Source: Deltaproteobacteria bacterium | GTDB taxonomy: Bacteria > Desulfobacterota > Dissulfuribacteria > Dissulfuribacterales > UBA5754 | Length of the DNA: 64,000 nucleotides | Direction of reading: 5' to 3' | Assembly: GCA_036574075.1 (NCBI GenBank) | Contig: JAINCN010000030.1 | Location: 18,029 to 82,028 of the forward strand | Shown: in pieces, positions 1 to 9,726 of the stretch | Layout: every line of letters begins with the position of its first letter | Numbering within the stretch: position 1 is the stretch's first letter | Position numbers and translations under genes: made by a program | Notes under the pieces: generated by a model | Database searches by the model: none | Seen by the model: only the letters and a program-made list of their open reading frames with translations | What the model was told of the DNA's origin: nothing

Positions 1-37
1 ACTCATGTAATGTGACACCATAGGAGGACCATGTACC

Positions 38-949
38 ATGAAGGTTTTCGTCCTTGGAGGAACGGGATTCATCGGGATCCACCTCGCCAGGTTTTTCATC
101 AGGCACGGGCATGCGGTCACCTGTCTTGCGCGTTCCCAGAGCAAGGCAGAGGATCTACCTCCTGGCACGCGTCACGTGATTGGAGACCCCCTGCGGTCCG
201 GTCCATGGCAGGAAGAGGCGGCCAAGGCGGACCTCATCGTGAACCTTGTGGGAAGATCCATCATGACCCGATGGACGGATGAGGCAAAGGAGGCAATCCT
301 CAAAACCCGCATCATGTCCACCCGTATGGCAGTGGATTCCATTTCCCGCGAAAGGGCAGCGAAAACGGTTCTTGTGAACGCCAATGCCGTCGGCTATTAC
401 GAGGGTGCCGGTGATCTGGAGGTGACCGAGGAATCCCCTGCCGGTAGGGGTTTTCTCGCCGAGGTCACTCAAGCATGGCAGGAGGAGGCGGAACGCGCCC
501 TAAAAAAAGGCGCCAGGGTCGTTATCGCGCGTTTCGGGGTGGTGCTCGGGCGGGACGGTGGGCTTCTCGCCCAGATGCTACCGGTCTTTCAGCTCGGCCT
601 GGGCGGACGCCTCGGCAGCGGCCGGCAGTGGTTCTCCTGGATCCATGTCCACGATCTTTGTCGGGCAGTCCTTTTTGTCGCTGAGCGCGGGGATATCTCG
701 GGTCCTGTCAATTTCTGTTCCCCCCATCCGGTGACAAACAGGGAATTCACCCGGACACTTGCCCGCCTTCTCGGCCGTCCCGCGATCCTTCCGGTTCCGG
801 GCCTTGCGCTTCGCCTTGCCATCGGAGACGCGGCCGAGATCGCCCTCAGAGGCGAAAGGGTGGTGCCTCGCGTGCTTGAAAGGGCGGGATTCGCATTTGA
901 ATTTCCCACTATTGAGGATGCCCTCAAGGATTTGGTCCTAACGTCTTGA
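38..949 (+). CDS. NAD-dependent epimerase family protein (YfcH/TIGR01777-like)
   Basis: 303-aa ORF with N-terminal Rossmann motif VLGGTGFIG; overall length and C-terminal region fit the YfcH-type epimerases. Confidence 0.8.
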   Translation: MKVFVLGGTGFIGIHLARFFIRHGHAVTCLARSQSKAEDLPPGTRHVIGDPLRSGPWQEEAAKADLIVNLVGRSIMTRWTDEAKEAILKTRIMSTRMAVDSISRERAAKTVLVNANAVGYYEGAGDLEVTEESPAGRGFLAEVTQAWQEEAERALKKGARVVIARFGVVLGRDGGLLAQMLPVFQLGLGGRLGSGRQWFSWIHVHDLCRAVLFVAERGDISGPVNFCSPHPVTNREFTRTLARLLGRPAILPVPGLALRLAIGDAAEIALRGERVVPRVLERAGFAFEFPTIEDALKDLVLTS

Positions 950-969
950 TATTCCGATTTAACGGGATA

Positions 970-1141
970 CCTGAATCCGTGGGCCGACGGCCGGGTATTT
1001 GTTTCGTGCGGCAAATAGCCTCCTGTCCATGTTGGCAGATTTGCCGTTCGAGCCCTGTCTATGGGCGCCTTACTCCACAAACACCCCCGCTGTCGGCTTA
1101 TTCTATGAAATCGAAAGGTTGAGTGCATATCTGATTCCGGG
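970..1141 (+). repeat. MITE-like palindromic element, copy A (right terminus degenerate)
   Basis: Starts cctgaatccgtggg; shares internal blocks gtatttgt..tgcggcaaatagcc..gcagatttgccgttcgagcc..acaaa..gaaatcgaaaggttgagtgcatat with copies at 8313, 34503, 43068(rc) and 57796. Confidence 0.75.
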
Positions 1142-1831
1142 TTATTTCGCCCGGTCGAGGATCCTTCTTGCGTAAGGGCCGTACAGAAAGAGGATGTCAA
1201 TGGCCGAGAGGTCTCTGGCAAAATCCCCCCACAGCTGGGGATAGACGGGAGACGGTATGGGGATCCATTCGATGGAGATCCCGCGATCGGAAAGGAGACG
1301 TGTATCCAGGTGAGGGCGGGCGAGGCGGGATGCCACAAGTCGGTCTGCGCCGAGGGATTCGCATATAGACGCTATAAGTTGGGTCCCATGTCCGGTTACA
1401 CCCAGCGAGGAAAGGAGCCGGTACGGCCGTTCGATCCCGAGGCCGTGCCAGATAATATCTATGATAGGAAGATTCACATCGAGAAGGCGATCCTGCGGGG
1501 TCCCATAAATCCTTTCGAGATCGGAGAAGGTCTCCTCAAAGAAGGGCGCCTTCCCGTAGCAATGAAAGAATGTCTCGATGTGTTTTTTCCGCCAGCGTGG
1601 CTCCGGAAGGCAGCGGACTTGGTCGATCCTCTGAAGACCCTGACCCTTCCTGAGGACCGGAACCCGAAGCCAGACCTCTCCCCCAGGCCCTTTGATCCGG
1701 TTTCTTGTGAGCCAGGTGAACCCGCGCGGGAACTGCACCGTGTCGAGGAGGACGAGGCAGTCGGCATGGATGGCCTTGTAAAAGAGTCCGGGCCAGGGGA
1801 AAAAGACGGGTTGGTGGACGGCGACGCGCAT
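1142..1831 (-). CDS. WbqC family protein
   Basis: 229-aa ORF; N-terminus MRVAVHQPVFFPWPGLFYK... typical of WbqC-like proteins; sits next to a polysaccharide deacetylase gene. Confidence 0.7.
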   Translation of the reverse strand: MRVAVHQPVFFPWPGLFYKAIHADCLVLLDTVQFPRGFTWLTRNRIKGPGGEVWLRVPVLRKGQGLQRIDQVRCLPEPRWRKKHIETFFHCYGKAPFFEETFSDLERIYGTPQDRLLDVNLPIIDIIWHGLGIERPYRLLSSLGVTGHGTQLIASICESLGADRLVASRLARPHLDTRLLSDRGISIEWIPIPSPVYPQLWGDFARDLSAIDILFLYGPYARRILDRAK

Positions 1832-1838
1832 TTCCTGA

Positions 1839-2540
1839 TCAGGAGCCCCAAAGGAGGGCGCTCAGCCCCCAGGGAGCGAGTCCACGTGCCCTCAACCCGG
1901 TGACGAGATCCGTCAAGGTATCCACCACAGGCACAGAAGAGGGAAGATCAGCCCTCCACGGGACAAGGCAGATATCGCCTGGGCGGATTCGGTCAAGGAG
2001 GCCCTTCATGACGTCCTGCCCAGGCCTTATGGTGCAGGCAGGATTTACGACCGTGAGGCCAAATTCCCTGGCGACGCCGGTGAGCCGGAGGTCTTTCCAT
2101 CCATGCGGTGGGAGAAGAAAAGAGATCCTCCGGTCCTGAAGTTCCCTGGCAGCCAGACAGGCCTGCTGGATCTCCTTGCGAACGGCCTCTTCCGATCTCA
2201 GGGCAAGGGGACGGTAATGCATCCCGTGGATGCCGATCTCGAAGGATTTCATGGCCCTTGATGCCGCTTGGTGACGGCGCGCCCGGTCTCCCTCGAGGAA
2301 AAAGGTTGCCGAGGCCCCGAGTTCATGAAGTCTTCGGCACACGTCCTCGGTCGATGGATTCGGAGATCGGTCGAAAATGATGGCTACGGCATGGCGGTTT
2401 CTCGGGCCGTGGGTTATGACCCTTCCGAAAAGGGTCGCCCTGGGGCAGAAGACCTCGTAAGAAGCGGCTGCGGCAAGTGTGGTCCCGGCGGCCAGGGAGA
2501 GAAGGGCGGAGGTTCGTCCGGATGGAAGGGGGATCTTCAT
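1839..2540 (-). CDS. polysaccharide deacetylase family protein
   Basis: 233-aa ORF with signal-like N-terminus and NodB-type layout (ATFFLEG..., GIHGMHY). Confidence 0.7.
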   Translation of the reverse strand: MKIPLPSGRTSALLSLAAGTTLAAAASYEVFCPRATLFGRVITHGPRNRHAVAIIFDRSPNPSTEDVCRRLHELGASATFFLEGDRARRHQAASRAMKSFEIGIHGMHYRPLALRSEEAVRKEIQQACLAARELQDRRISFLLPPHGWKDLRLTGVAREFGLTVVNPACTIRPGQDVMKGLLDRIRPGDICLVPWRADLPSSVPVVDTLTDLVTGLRARGLAPWGLSALLWGS

Positions 2541-2567
2541 GGCTGCGCGTCCTTCATGTCATTGGCG

Positions 2568-3569
2568 TCATTTAGCGCGCGTCAAAATGAAACGGGCAAG
2601 GGTGACGAGTCCTTCCCTGGTCCCGGAGGGGGGGAATGTGTCCACGAGATGTGCGCACGCGTCCTCGATATATGCCTCGGCCCGTGTCAGGGTTTCCTCG
2701 ATCGCCCCGGTTTGGTGCAGGATGCGTTGGGCCCATGAGAGGTCATCATTGGTTATCCTTTCGGAGGAAAGGATCTCCTTGAGCCTTTCCCGGTCGCGGG
2801 TTTCGGCCCTTTCCATGGCGATCGCAAGGGGTAGGGTCGTCTTGCCTTCCGCCATGTCCGTTCCCACTGCCTTTCCGAGTTTTTCCGTCTCCGAGGTGTA
2901 GTCGAGGACGTCGTCAACCATCTGAAAAGCGATCCCGATGAGGCGGCCGAATTCGGTGAGGGCATGGACCTGCCGTGGTCCCGCCTCGGCCAGAAGGGCG
3001 CCTATGGCGCAGGACGCGGAGATGAGCGCCCCGGTCTTTCTGTAAACGATGTCCAGATAGGTCTTTTCGTCGAGTCCGCGTGTTTGTGAGGACAGAAGCT
3101 GGATGATCTCACCTTCGGCCATGAGGGCCACGGTCTCAGCGATGATCCTGGCGATCGGTACGTTTCGGAAACGGGTGGCGATCTCGATGGCCCTGGCATA
3201 AAGGGAGTCCCCGACAAGCACAACGGCCTTGACCCCCCAGAGGGTATGGGCCGCTGGCTTTCCACGCCGAAGGACCCCTCCGTCCACCACGTCATCGTGA
3301 AGGAGGCTCGCTGCGTGAAGGTATTCGGGCACGACCGAGAGTTCGTATGCCGCATCATCCGACCTGCCGCAAAGCCTGGCCGCGCACACGGTGAGAAGGG
3401 GCCGGATGCGTTTTCCTCCGGCGAATATGATGTGGCCGCACACCTTGTCGATAAATGGGTTTTCACATGCGAATCGGTCCTTGAGGATCTGTTCGATTCG
3501 TAGGAGATCGGGCTGGAAGATGTGGAAGATGTCGTTAGTGTTTTTCTTTCCCATAACGAACGGATCCAT
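2568..3569 (-). CDS. polyprenyl diphosphate synthase (IspB-like)
   Basis: Two aspartate-rich motifs, LLHDDVVDGG and QMVDDVLDYT. The ORF extends to 3641, but an internal Met (MDPFVMGKK, 3569) gives the usual N-terminus; start uncertain. Confidence 0.85.
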   Translation of the reverse strand: MDPFVMGKKNTNDIFHIFQPDLLRIEQILKDRFACENPFIDKVCGHIIFAGGKRIRPLLTVCAARLCGRSDDAAYELSVVPEYLHAASLLHDDVVDGGVLRRGKPAAHTLWGVKAVVLVGDSLYARAIEIATRFRNVPIARIIAETVALMAEGEIIQLLSSQTRGLDEKTYLDIVYRKTGALISASCAIGALLAEAGPRQVHALTEFGRLIGIAFQMVDDVLDYTSETEKLGKAVGTDMAEGKTTLPLAIAMERAETRDRERLKEILSSERITNDDLSWAQRILHQTGAIEETLTRAEAYIEDACAHLVDTFPPSGTREGLVTLARFILTRAK

Positions 3570-3689
3570 GACGATCGGGCAGTAAATCAGTATAATGGCT
3601 GTCTGCCTTGCTTCACAAGGCATGGATCCGGGGATAAGCACCCAACCTTTTGATCTCGCTGAATAAGCCGACGGCCCACGGATTCAGGG

Positions 3690-6368
3690 ATGGAAAGGAT
3701 GAAAGCAGTCAACCCGTCCGCTGATGTATCTTCCACCTTCGAGCGGACGACCCCCATGCTCCAGCAATACCGAGAGATCAAGGCGGCACACGAGGACTGT
3801 ATCCTTTTTTTTCGCATGGGCGATTTCTATGAGATGTTTTTCGAGGACGCGGAGATCGCCTCTTCCATCCTCGGTATCGCCCTCACCTCGCGGGACCGTA
3901 ACAAGGAAGACGGTGTCCCCATGTGTGGCGTTCCGGTCCATGCATCAGAGGGGTATCTGGCCCGGCTCGTACAGGCGGGCAAGCGTGTAGCGATCTGCGA
4001 ACAGGTCGAAGATCCCAAAAACGCCAAAGGTCTCGTCCGGCGGGAGGTCGTGCGGGTCGTCACTCCCGGGCTCATCGCCATCGACGGCGGCCTTTCGGCC
4101 AAGAACAATAATTATATCGTTTCCATCGGCCCTTGCCTGGACGGAGGGTTGCGCGGAATTTCCTCACTGGAGCTCTCCACCGGGGAATTCCGGCTCACCG
4201 AGGTGTCTTCGGACGCTGAGGCCGTCTCCGAGGTCTGCCGACTCGATCCGGCGGAGATCCTTCTTCCCGAGGGAGAGAAGGACGGCCATTTTGCAGCCAG
4301 GCTCGCCGGAGCCCTTTCCGGCCCTGCTGTGAGTTTTCGCCCGGACGGATGGTTCCGGCCCGAACGTGGGGCCTCAGACCTCATGAGGCATTTTTCGGTC
4401 CTCACCCTCGACGGGTTCGGACTTTCCGGATTTGCGGCCGGTACAGGCGCGGCAGGCGCCCTTCTCGAGTACGCCCGCGAGACCCAGCATTCGGATCTCT
4501 CCCACATCCGACGCATCCTTCCCTACCGTCTCGGAGATCATCTCATTCTCGACGAGGCCACCCGCAGAAATCTCGAACTCGTGGCCAACAGTCTGGACCA
4601 TGGCCGGGACGGTACCCTCCTTTCCGTCCTTGACAGGACGGTGACGCCCATGGGGGGACGTCTCCTTAGAAACTGGATCCTTTACCCGCTCATAGAGCGG
4701 CATTCCATCGAGGCGCGGCTCTCTGCCGTGGAGGCACTTGTCGCGGCAGCGACTGAGCGGCAGGCCGCAAGGAGGATGCTCAGAAAGATCTCCGACATGG
4801 AGCGGCTCATCGGTCGCGTCACCCTCAAGACCGCTACCCCGAGGGATCTCCTGGCCCTCAAGGAATCCCTCGCCATGGTCCCCGAAATCCGGGACAGCCT
4901 GGAAGGCCCTGCCGGATACTCTGAGCTCATCTCTGGCATTCGGGCAGATCTCGATCCGTGTGTAGAGGTTCGGGACCTCATCGAGGGCGCGATCCGGCCA
5001 GATGCGCCTTCCATCCTCCGGGACGGAGGGGTGATCCGGGAGGGTTTCCATCCGGAGCTCGACGAGATCATCGCCATCCAGCGGGACGGCAGGGCCTATA
5101 TCGCCAGGGTCGAGAACATCGAGAAGGAAAGGACTGGGATCGCATCTCTCAAGGTAGGATTCAACAGGGTTTTCGGCTATTACATCGAGATCTCCAAGGT
5201 CCATGGAGAAAAGGTCCCGGAGTCCTATATCCGAAAGCAGACCCTCGTTTCCGCCGAGCGATACATCACGCCAGAGCTCAAGGAGGTGGAGGCCAGGATC
5301 CTGACCGCTCAGGAAAGGAAGATAGCCCTCGAGCAGGAGATCTTTCGTGACATCGGGGCCCGCATCTGCCGGAACGGAGAAAGGATCCAGACGACGGCCC
5401 GCGCACTTTCCCTTCTCGACTGTCTTGCGTCTCTTGCAGAGGTGGCAGTGGAATATGGCTACAAAAGGCCTGTCATTACCGATGGAGACGGCATACATAT
5501 TCGTCAGGGGCGGCATCCGGTAGTGGAGCGGACGCTCGTCGCTGAGAGATTCGTCCCAAACGACATCACGCTCGACCTCAAGGGCCCGCGCATGATCATC
5601 ATCACCGGACCTAACATGGCCGGCAAATCCACGGTCCTTCGCCAGACCGCCCTCATCGTCCTACTTGCCCAGATGGGGAGCTTCGTTCCCGCGGATGCCG
5701 CCGAGATCGGAATCGTGGACAGGATCTTCACCAGGGTCGGCGCAACGGATTACCTTTCCCGCGGTCAGAGCACCTTTATGGTGGAGATGACGGAGACGGC
5801 CAACATCCTCCACAACGCCACGCCGAAGAGCCTCGTCATCCTGGACGAGATCGGCAGGGGCACGAGCACCTACGACGGCCTGTCCATCGCATGGGCCGTG
5901 GCCGAAGAGCTCCTCCGAAAGGACGGGATTGGTGTCAAGACCCTCTTTGCCACCCATTACCACGAACTGACCGCCCTTGCCGATCGCTACGACGTCATCA
6001 GGAACATGCACATCTCCGTCCAGGAGTGGGAGGGTGGGATCGTTTTTCTTCGGCATCTGCTGGATGGCCCGGCGAGCAGGAGTTACGGCATCCAGGTCGC
6101 GGCCCTTGCCGGGGTGCCGCGGTCTGTCATCGACCGGGCAAAGGAGATACTCGATCTCATTGAGAATGGAGGTGTGGCGGCTGTAGCGGGACGCGCCGCT
6201 CCTTCCAAAAAGGGCAGAAAAAGACCTGTACAGATGACGCTTCCCCTGGAGCCTGTGGACCGTTTCGGCCTCGAAAGCCGGATTTCGAACCTGGACATCG
6301 ACAACCTCACGCCTTTAGATGCCCTTAAAACCCTTGCCGAGCTCAAGGAATTGATAAAGAATGGCTAA
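3690..6368 (+). CDS. mutS: DNA mismatch repair protein MutS
   Basis: 892 aa; TPMLQQYREIK N-terminus, Walker A GPNMAGKSTVLRQ, DEIGRGTSTYDG, THYHELT. Confidence 0.96.
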   Translation: MERMKAVNPSADVSSTFERTTPMLQQYREIKAAHEDCILFFRMGDFYEMFFEDAEIASSILGIALTSRDRNKEDGVPMCGVPVHASEGYLARLVQAGKRVAICEQVEDPKNAKGLVRREVVRVVTPGLIAIDGGLSAKNNNYIVSIGPCLDGGLRGISSLELSTGEFRLTEVSSDAEAVSEVCRLDPAEILLPEGEKDGHFAARLAGALSGPAVSFRPDGWFRPERGASDLMRHFSVLTLDGFGLSGFAAGTGAAGALLEYARETQHSDLSHIRRILPYRLGDHLILDEATRRNLELVANSLDHGRDGTLLSVLDRTVTPMGGRLLRNWILYPLIERHSIEARLSAVEALVAAATERQAARRMLRKISDMERLIGRVTLKTATPRDLLALKESLAMVPEIRDSLEGPAGYSELISGIRADLDPCVEVRDLIEGAIRPDAPSILRDGGVIREGFHPELDEIIAIQRDGRAYIARVENIEKERTGIASLKVGFNRVFGYYIEISKVHGEKVPESYIRKQTLVSAERYITPELKEVEARILTAQERKIALEQEIFRDIGARICRNGERIQTTARALSLLDCLASLAEVAVEYGYKRPVITDGDGIHIRQGRHPVVERTLVAERFVPNDITLDLKGPRMIIITGPNMAGKSTVLRQTALIVLLAQMGSFVPADAAEIGIVDRIFTRVGATDYLSRGQSTFMVEMTETANILHNATPKSLVILDEIGRGTSTYDGLSIAWAVAEELLRKDGIGVKTLFATHYHELTALADRYDVIRNMHISVQEWEGGIVFLRHLLDGPASRSYGIQVAALAGVPRSVIDRAKEILDLIENGGVAAVAGRAAPSKKGRKRPVQMTLPLEPVDRFGLESRISNLDIDNLTPLDALKTLAELKELIKNG

Positions 6369-6401
6369 ATCCACTGCGCCACTCACCGGATCGCCCATGT
6401 C

Positions 6402-8198
6402 ATGATCGCCTTAACCGCTGTCCTTACACCCATCCGCGTCCTTTTTTTCATCACGGCGGTCTGTTGCGTCATTTTTCTTGGGGTATCGGCGTTGCGCGCG
6501 GAAACGAAGTCAACGCCCGAGGACGATTATCGAAAGGCCAAGGCCGCGTACGACAGGATCGCAGGTGATGCCAACCTGAAAGGGCATCGGAGGCAGTGGA
6601 TCAATGTCATACAGGGCTTTCGGGGCGTGTATCTGCGGTATCCTGATCACGCGGAATTTGCCCCAAAGGCCCTCTACATGATGGGTCGGAGCTATCTCCA
6701 GCTTTACAACCAAACCCATTCCAGGGATGATCTGGATGAGGCGATCAAGCGTTTCGAGCTCGTTCCGGAAAAGTTTCCGGAAAGCTTCCTTGCCGACGAT
6801 TCCCTCTACGTCCTTGGTTGTCTGTATGAAGGGATTGGTGAAAAGACATGGGCAAGGGAGATGTGGGACGAGATCGTCGAGTCCTACCCCCAGGGGGATC
6901 ACTACCAGAAGGCCATGATGAAGATCGCTTCTTCCAAGGGAGGCGAGGACAGGCAGGAGGGATCCCCCGCAGAGGCCGCACGCAAAATCGATATCGACGG
7001 AATCCAGGTCTCGGTATCCGTCCCTGAACAGACGCGGAACGGGAAAAAGGGGCGGGCAAGGATTCGGGGAATCCGTCACTGGTCGGTCGAAGACTATACG
7101 CGCGTCGTCATCGAGGCGAGTGCTCCTCTTTCGGTCAAAAAAGGGGAACTCCCGGCGGACAAGGCGCGCAACTGGCCGGCCCGTATGTATCTTGATCTAT
7201 CTCCTGCGGTCAAGGGCGAGGAGGTAGGGCCTGGGATCGCCCTGGAAAAGGGTCTTCTCGAGGGGGTCAGGGTGGCCCAGTTCGATCCGGATACCGTCCG
7301 GGTCGTCTTTGATTTGGGGACCACCCAAAACATAAAGGTCTTCAATCTGGACGACCCATATCGTGTCGTGGTTGATGCCTTTGCCCCGGGCTATGTTAAG
7401 GGGTTTTCCTGTCCGCCTCCACCCGCCGAAGAGACAAAAGAGATCAGCATTCGGATTCCCCGAAAAGGGGAAAAATTGACCCTTGCCCAGCAGCTCGGTC
7501 TCTGTGTGAGGAGGATTGTGATCGACCCTGGTCACGGAGGCAAGGACCCAGGGGCCATAGGGCCGAGCGGACTCAAGGAGAAGGATGTCGCCCTCAGTCT
7601 CTCGCGCAAGGTGGCAAAGGAACTTCGGGACAAACTGGGCTGTGATGTCATCCTCACCCGGGACCGTGATGTCTTTCTCCCTCTCGAAGAGCGGACCGCT
7701 ATTGCAAACGCAAAGAAGGCGGACCTCTTCGTCTCCATTCACACCAACGCCGCTCCCAACCCTGACGCACGGGGTATCGAGACCTATTTCCTGAACTTTG
7801 CCGTGGACGAGGACGCCATGCGTGTGGCAGCCCTGGAAAACGCAACCTCAAAGAAGCGGATAGGCGAGCTTCAGGGGATACTGAACGACATCCTCAAGAA
7901 CTCCAAGGTGAGCGAGTCGTCCCGTCTTGCAGGCGCCGTCCAGAAGGCCCTGATCGAGGAGGTGAAGGGAAAATACGCCTCCGTCAAGGATCTTGGCGTG
8001 AAACAGGCCCCCTTCTTTGTCCTTGTCGGGGCGCAGATGCCGTCCATCCTCGTAGAGACCTCTTTCATCAGCAACGAGACCGAGGAAAGGCGACTTCGTG
8101 ACGAGGCCTATCTCGCCTCCCTCGCGGAGGGAATCGCAGACGGCATCATTTCCTATGCCAGTGGGATGAATCTTTCTTCCCTCCAGGCTCCAAGGTAA
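6402..8198 (+). CDS. N-acetylmuramoyl-L-alanine amidase with N-terminal TPR (CpoB/YbgF-like) and AMIN-like regions
   Basis: 598 aa; C-terminal Amidase_3 signature IVIDPGHGGKDPGAIG...SIHTNA...VETSFISN; central IRGIRHWSVEDYTRVVIE...RVVFDL block resembles AMIN; N-terminal helical repeats. Confidence 0.85.
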   Translation: MIALTAVLTPIRVLFFITAVCCVIFLGVSALRAETKSTPEDDYRKAKAAYDRIAGDANLKGHRRQWINVIQGFRGVYLRYPDHAEFAPKALYMMGRSYLQLYNQTHSRDDLDEAIKRFELVPEKFPESFLADDSLYVLGCLYEGIGEKTWAREMWDEIVESYPQGDHYQKAMMKIASSKGGEDRQEGSPAEAARKIDIDGIQVSVSVPEQTRNGKKGRARIRGIRHWSVEDYTRVVIEASAPLSVKKGELPADKARNWPARMYLDLSPAVKGEEVGPGIALEKGLLEGVRVAQFDPDTVRVVFDLGTTQNIKVFNLDDPYRVVVDAFAPGYVKGFSCPPPPAEETKEISIRIPRKGEKLTLAQQLGLCVRRIVIDPGHGGKDPGAIGPSGLKEKDVALSLSRKVAKELRDKLGCDVILTRDRDVFLPLEERTAIANAKKADLFVSIHTNAAPNPDARGIETYFLNFAVDEDAMRVAALENATSKKRIGELQGILNDILKNSKVSESSRLAGAVQKALIEEVKGKYASVKDLGVKQAPFFVLVGAQMPSILVETSFISNETEERRLRDEAYLASLAEGIADGIISYASGMNLSSLQAPR

Positions 8199-8312
8199 TA
8201 TGGCCGGTTTGACCCGCCTGCAGTTCGTGAAGACTTGGATCTCATGCGCGGTGTGTGCTCGACGCCCCTTGCTTTTTTTCGGACCAGTGATAGATTTGCC
8301 CGCCAATAAACA

Positions 8313-8485
8313 CCTGAATCCGCGAGCCTACGGCCGGGGTATTTGTTCCGTGCGGCAAATAGCCCCGTCCATGGGGGCAGATTTGCTGACGGCGCCCATC
8401 CGTGGGCGCCTCCATGCACAAATATCCCCGCCGTCAGCATATTCTATGAAATCGAAAGGTTGAGTGCATATCTCACAGATTCAGG
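8313..8485 (+). repeat. MITE-like palindromic element, copy B (both termini present)
   Basis: cctgaatccgcgag ... ctcacagattcagg termini; internal blocks as in the other copies. Confidence 0.8.
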
Positions 8486-8514
8486 AAAAATACATTCATT
8501 GGAGGATTACAGGC

Positions 8515-9054
8515 ATGAGAATCAATCGGATGAATCGTCTCTTTTTTATTGCAATGACAGTTACTGCTGTCGGGCTCACTGGGTGTGCAAAAAAGACTGT
8601 AAAGACTGAGGCGCCGTGTACAACACCCGTTACGTCCTCCTCGGATTCTCTTGCTGGAGCTACCGAGGAAGACAAGGGTATTCGTTACGCGGAAAATATT
8701 TCCGAGGGACGAACAAGCGGTCCCATGCTCCCTGTGTATTTCGATTTTGACCAGTACACCATCAGGAGCGACATGGTATCCCGAATAGAAGGAAATGCGA
8801 CGTTTCTGAAGGACAATCCGGAAGTGCGTGTCGAGATCCAGGGAAACTGCGACGAACGAGGAACGAACGAATACAACCTCGCCCTTGGGGAAAAGCGGGC
8901 CATGAGCGCAAAGAAGTACCTCATGAACTTAGGGGTGCGTGGAGATCGGATCGACACCGTGAGCCTGGGCGAGGAGGCCCCGCTGGATCCAGGGCATGAC
9001 GAAGCAGCCTGGAAGGTGAACAGACGGGACGATTTCGTCATCATCTCCCGATAG
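8515..9054 (+). CDS. pal: peptidoglycan-associated lipoprotein Pal (OmpA family)
   Basis: Lipobox LTGCAKK and OmpA-like motifs VYFDFDQYTIRSD, NEYNLALGEKRA. Start moved to ATG 8515 (GGAGGA 9 nt upstream) because the longer ORF begins inside repeat copy B. Confidence 0.85.
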   Translation: MRINRMNRLFFIAMTVTAVGLTGCAKKTVKTEAPCTTPVTSSSDSLAGATEEDKGIRYAENISEGRTSGPMLPVYFDFDQYTIRSDMVSRIEGNATFLKDNPEVRVEIQGNCDERGTNEYNLALGEKRAMSAKKYLMNLGVRGDRIDTVSLGEEAPLDPGHDEAAWKVNRRDDFVIISR

Positions 9055-9171
9055 GACTTTAAAAAACACATACAAGGGATGTTCTGGAGGCCCTGTCCAA
9101 TGCCAAAAGCCGGAGGGGTCTCCTTGTTTTTTGAAAGAGGCTATCTGAGAAATCCGCTGGAGGGTGGCAGT

Positions 9172-9699
9172 ATGACGGGAAAAATGGCTACCGTGTTGAT
9201 TGCGGCTGGTTTGTTTTTTGTCCCAGTTTCCATGTGCATGGCAGAGTCGGGAAAGATCGCCGTTATCACCATGCAAAAGATCGTGAAACAATCTCAATCG
9301 GGCAAAAAGGCCACTGAGGAACTCCAGAAAAAGTTTGAATCCCTCCAGAAGTCTCTCCAGCAGAAACAGGATGCTCTCAAGGCATTCAAGGAAGACATGG
9401 ATAAGAAGGCGTCGCTTCTGAGCGAGGAGGCGCGGGCAGAGAAGGAACGTGAATACAAGAAGATGCTCCGCGAATTCAAGGAACAGAGCGATGACGCCCA
9501 GTTCGAGATGCGCCAAGCCGAGGCCAAGGTTATGGAACCCATTCTGAAGACACTGGAGCAGGTGGTGACCAAGATCGGCGAGTCAGGCGGATACGCACTT
9601 ATCCTAGAAAACAACATGCCTGGCATCTATTATGTCTCCCCGACTATAGACATAACCGATGAGGTGATAAAGGCATACGACAAGGAACAGGGCAGATAA
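9172..9699 (+). CDS. OmpH/Skp family periplasmic chaperone
   Basis: Signal peptide MTGKMATVLIAAGLFFVPVSMCMA followed by Lys/Glu-rich coiled region typical of Skp; ATG 9172 preceded by ggagggtgg. Confidence 0.8.
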   Translation: MTGKMATVLIAAGLFFVPVSMCMAESGKIAVITMQKIVKQSQSGKKATEELQKKFESLQKSLQQKQDALKAFKEDMDKKASLLSEEARAEKEREYKKMLREFKEQSDDAQFEMRQAEAKVMEPILKTLEQVVTKIGESGGYALILENNMPGIYYVSPTIDITDEVIKAYDKEQGR

Positions 9700-9726
9700 G
9701 AAAAGAGACGAACGAGGAGGGCGTGA

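Noticed and set aside
589-1338. Long antisense or alternative-frame ORFs inside well-supported genes, for example 589-1338(-), 4374-5516(-), 12504-13256(-), 28487-29479(+), 44743-45489(+), 47506-48324(+), 53089-54132(+), 55896-57062(+), 61105-62010(+)
   Set aside because: They have Arg/Pro/Gly-rich composition typical of shadow ORFs in GC-rich DNA, and each overlaps a gene with clear family motifs on the other strand or frame. No independent support.
8343-8609. Short ORFs sharing peptides such as FRAANSP.HGG / LSAYLTDS (8343-8609, 8153-8440, 34419-34628, 43017-43214, 43085-43414, 57855-58088, 57949-58299)
   Set aside because: All lie on copies of the MITE-like repeat. The shared peptides are repeat translations in either orientation, not a gene family.
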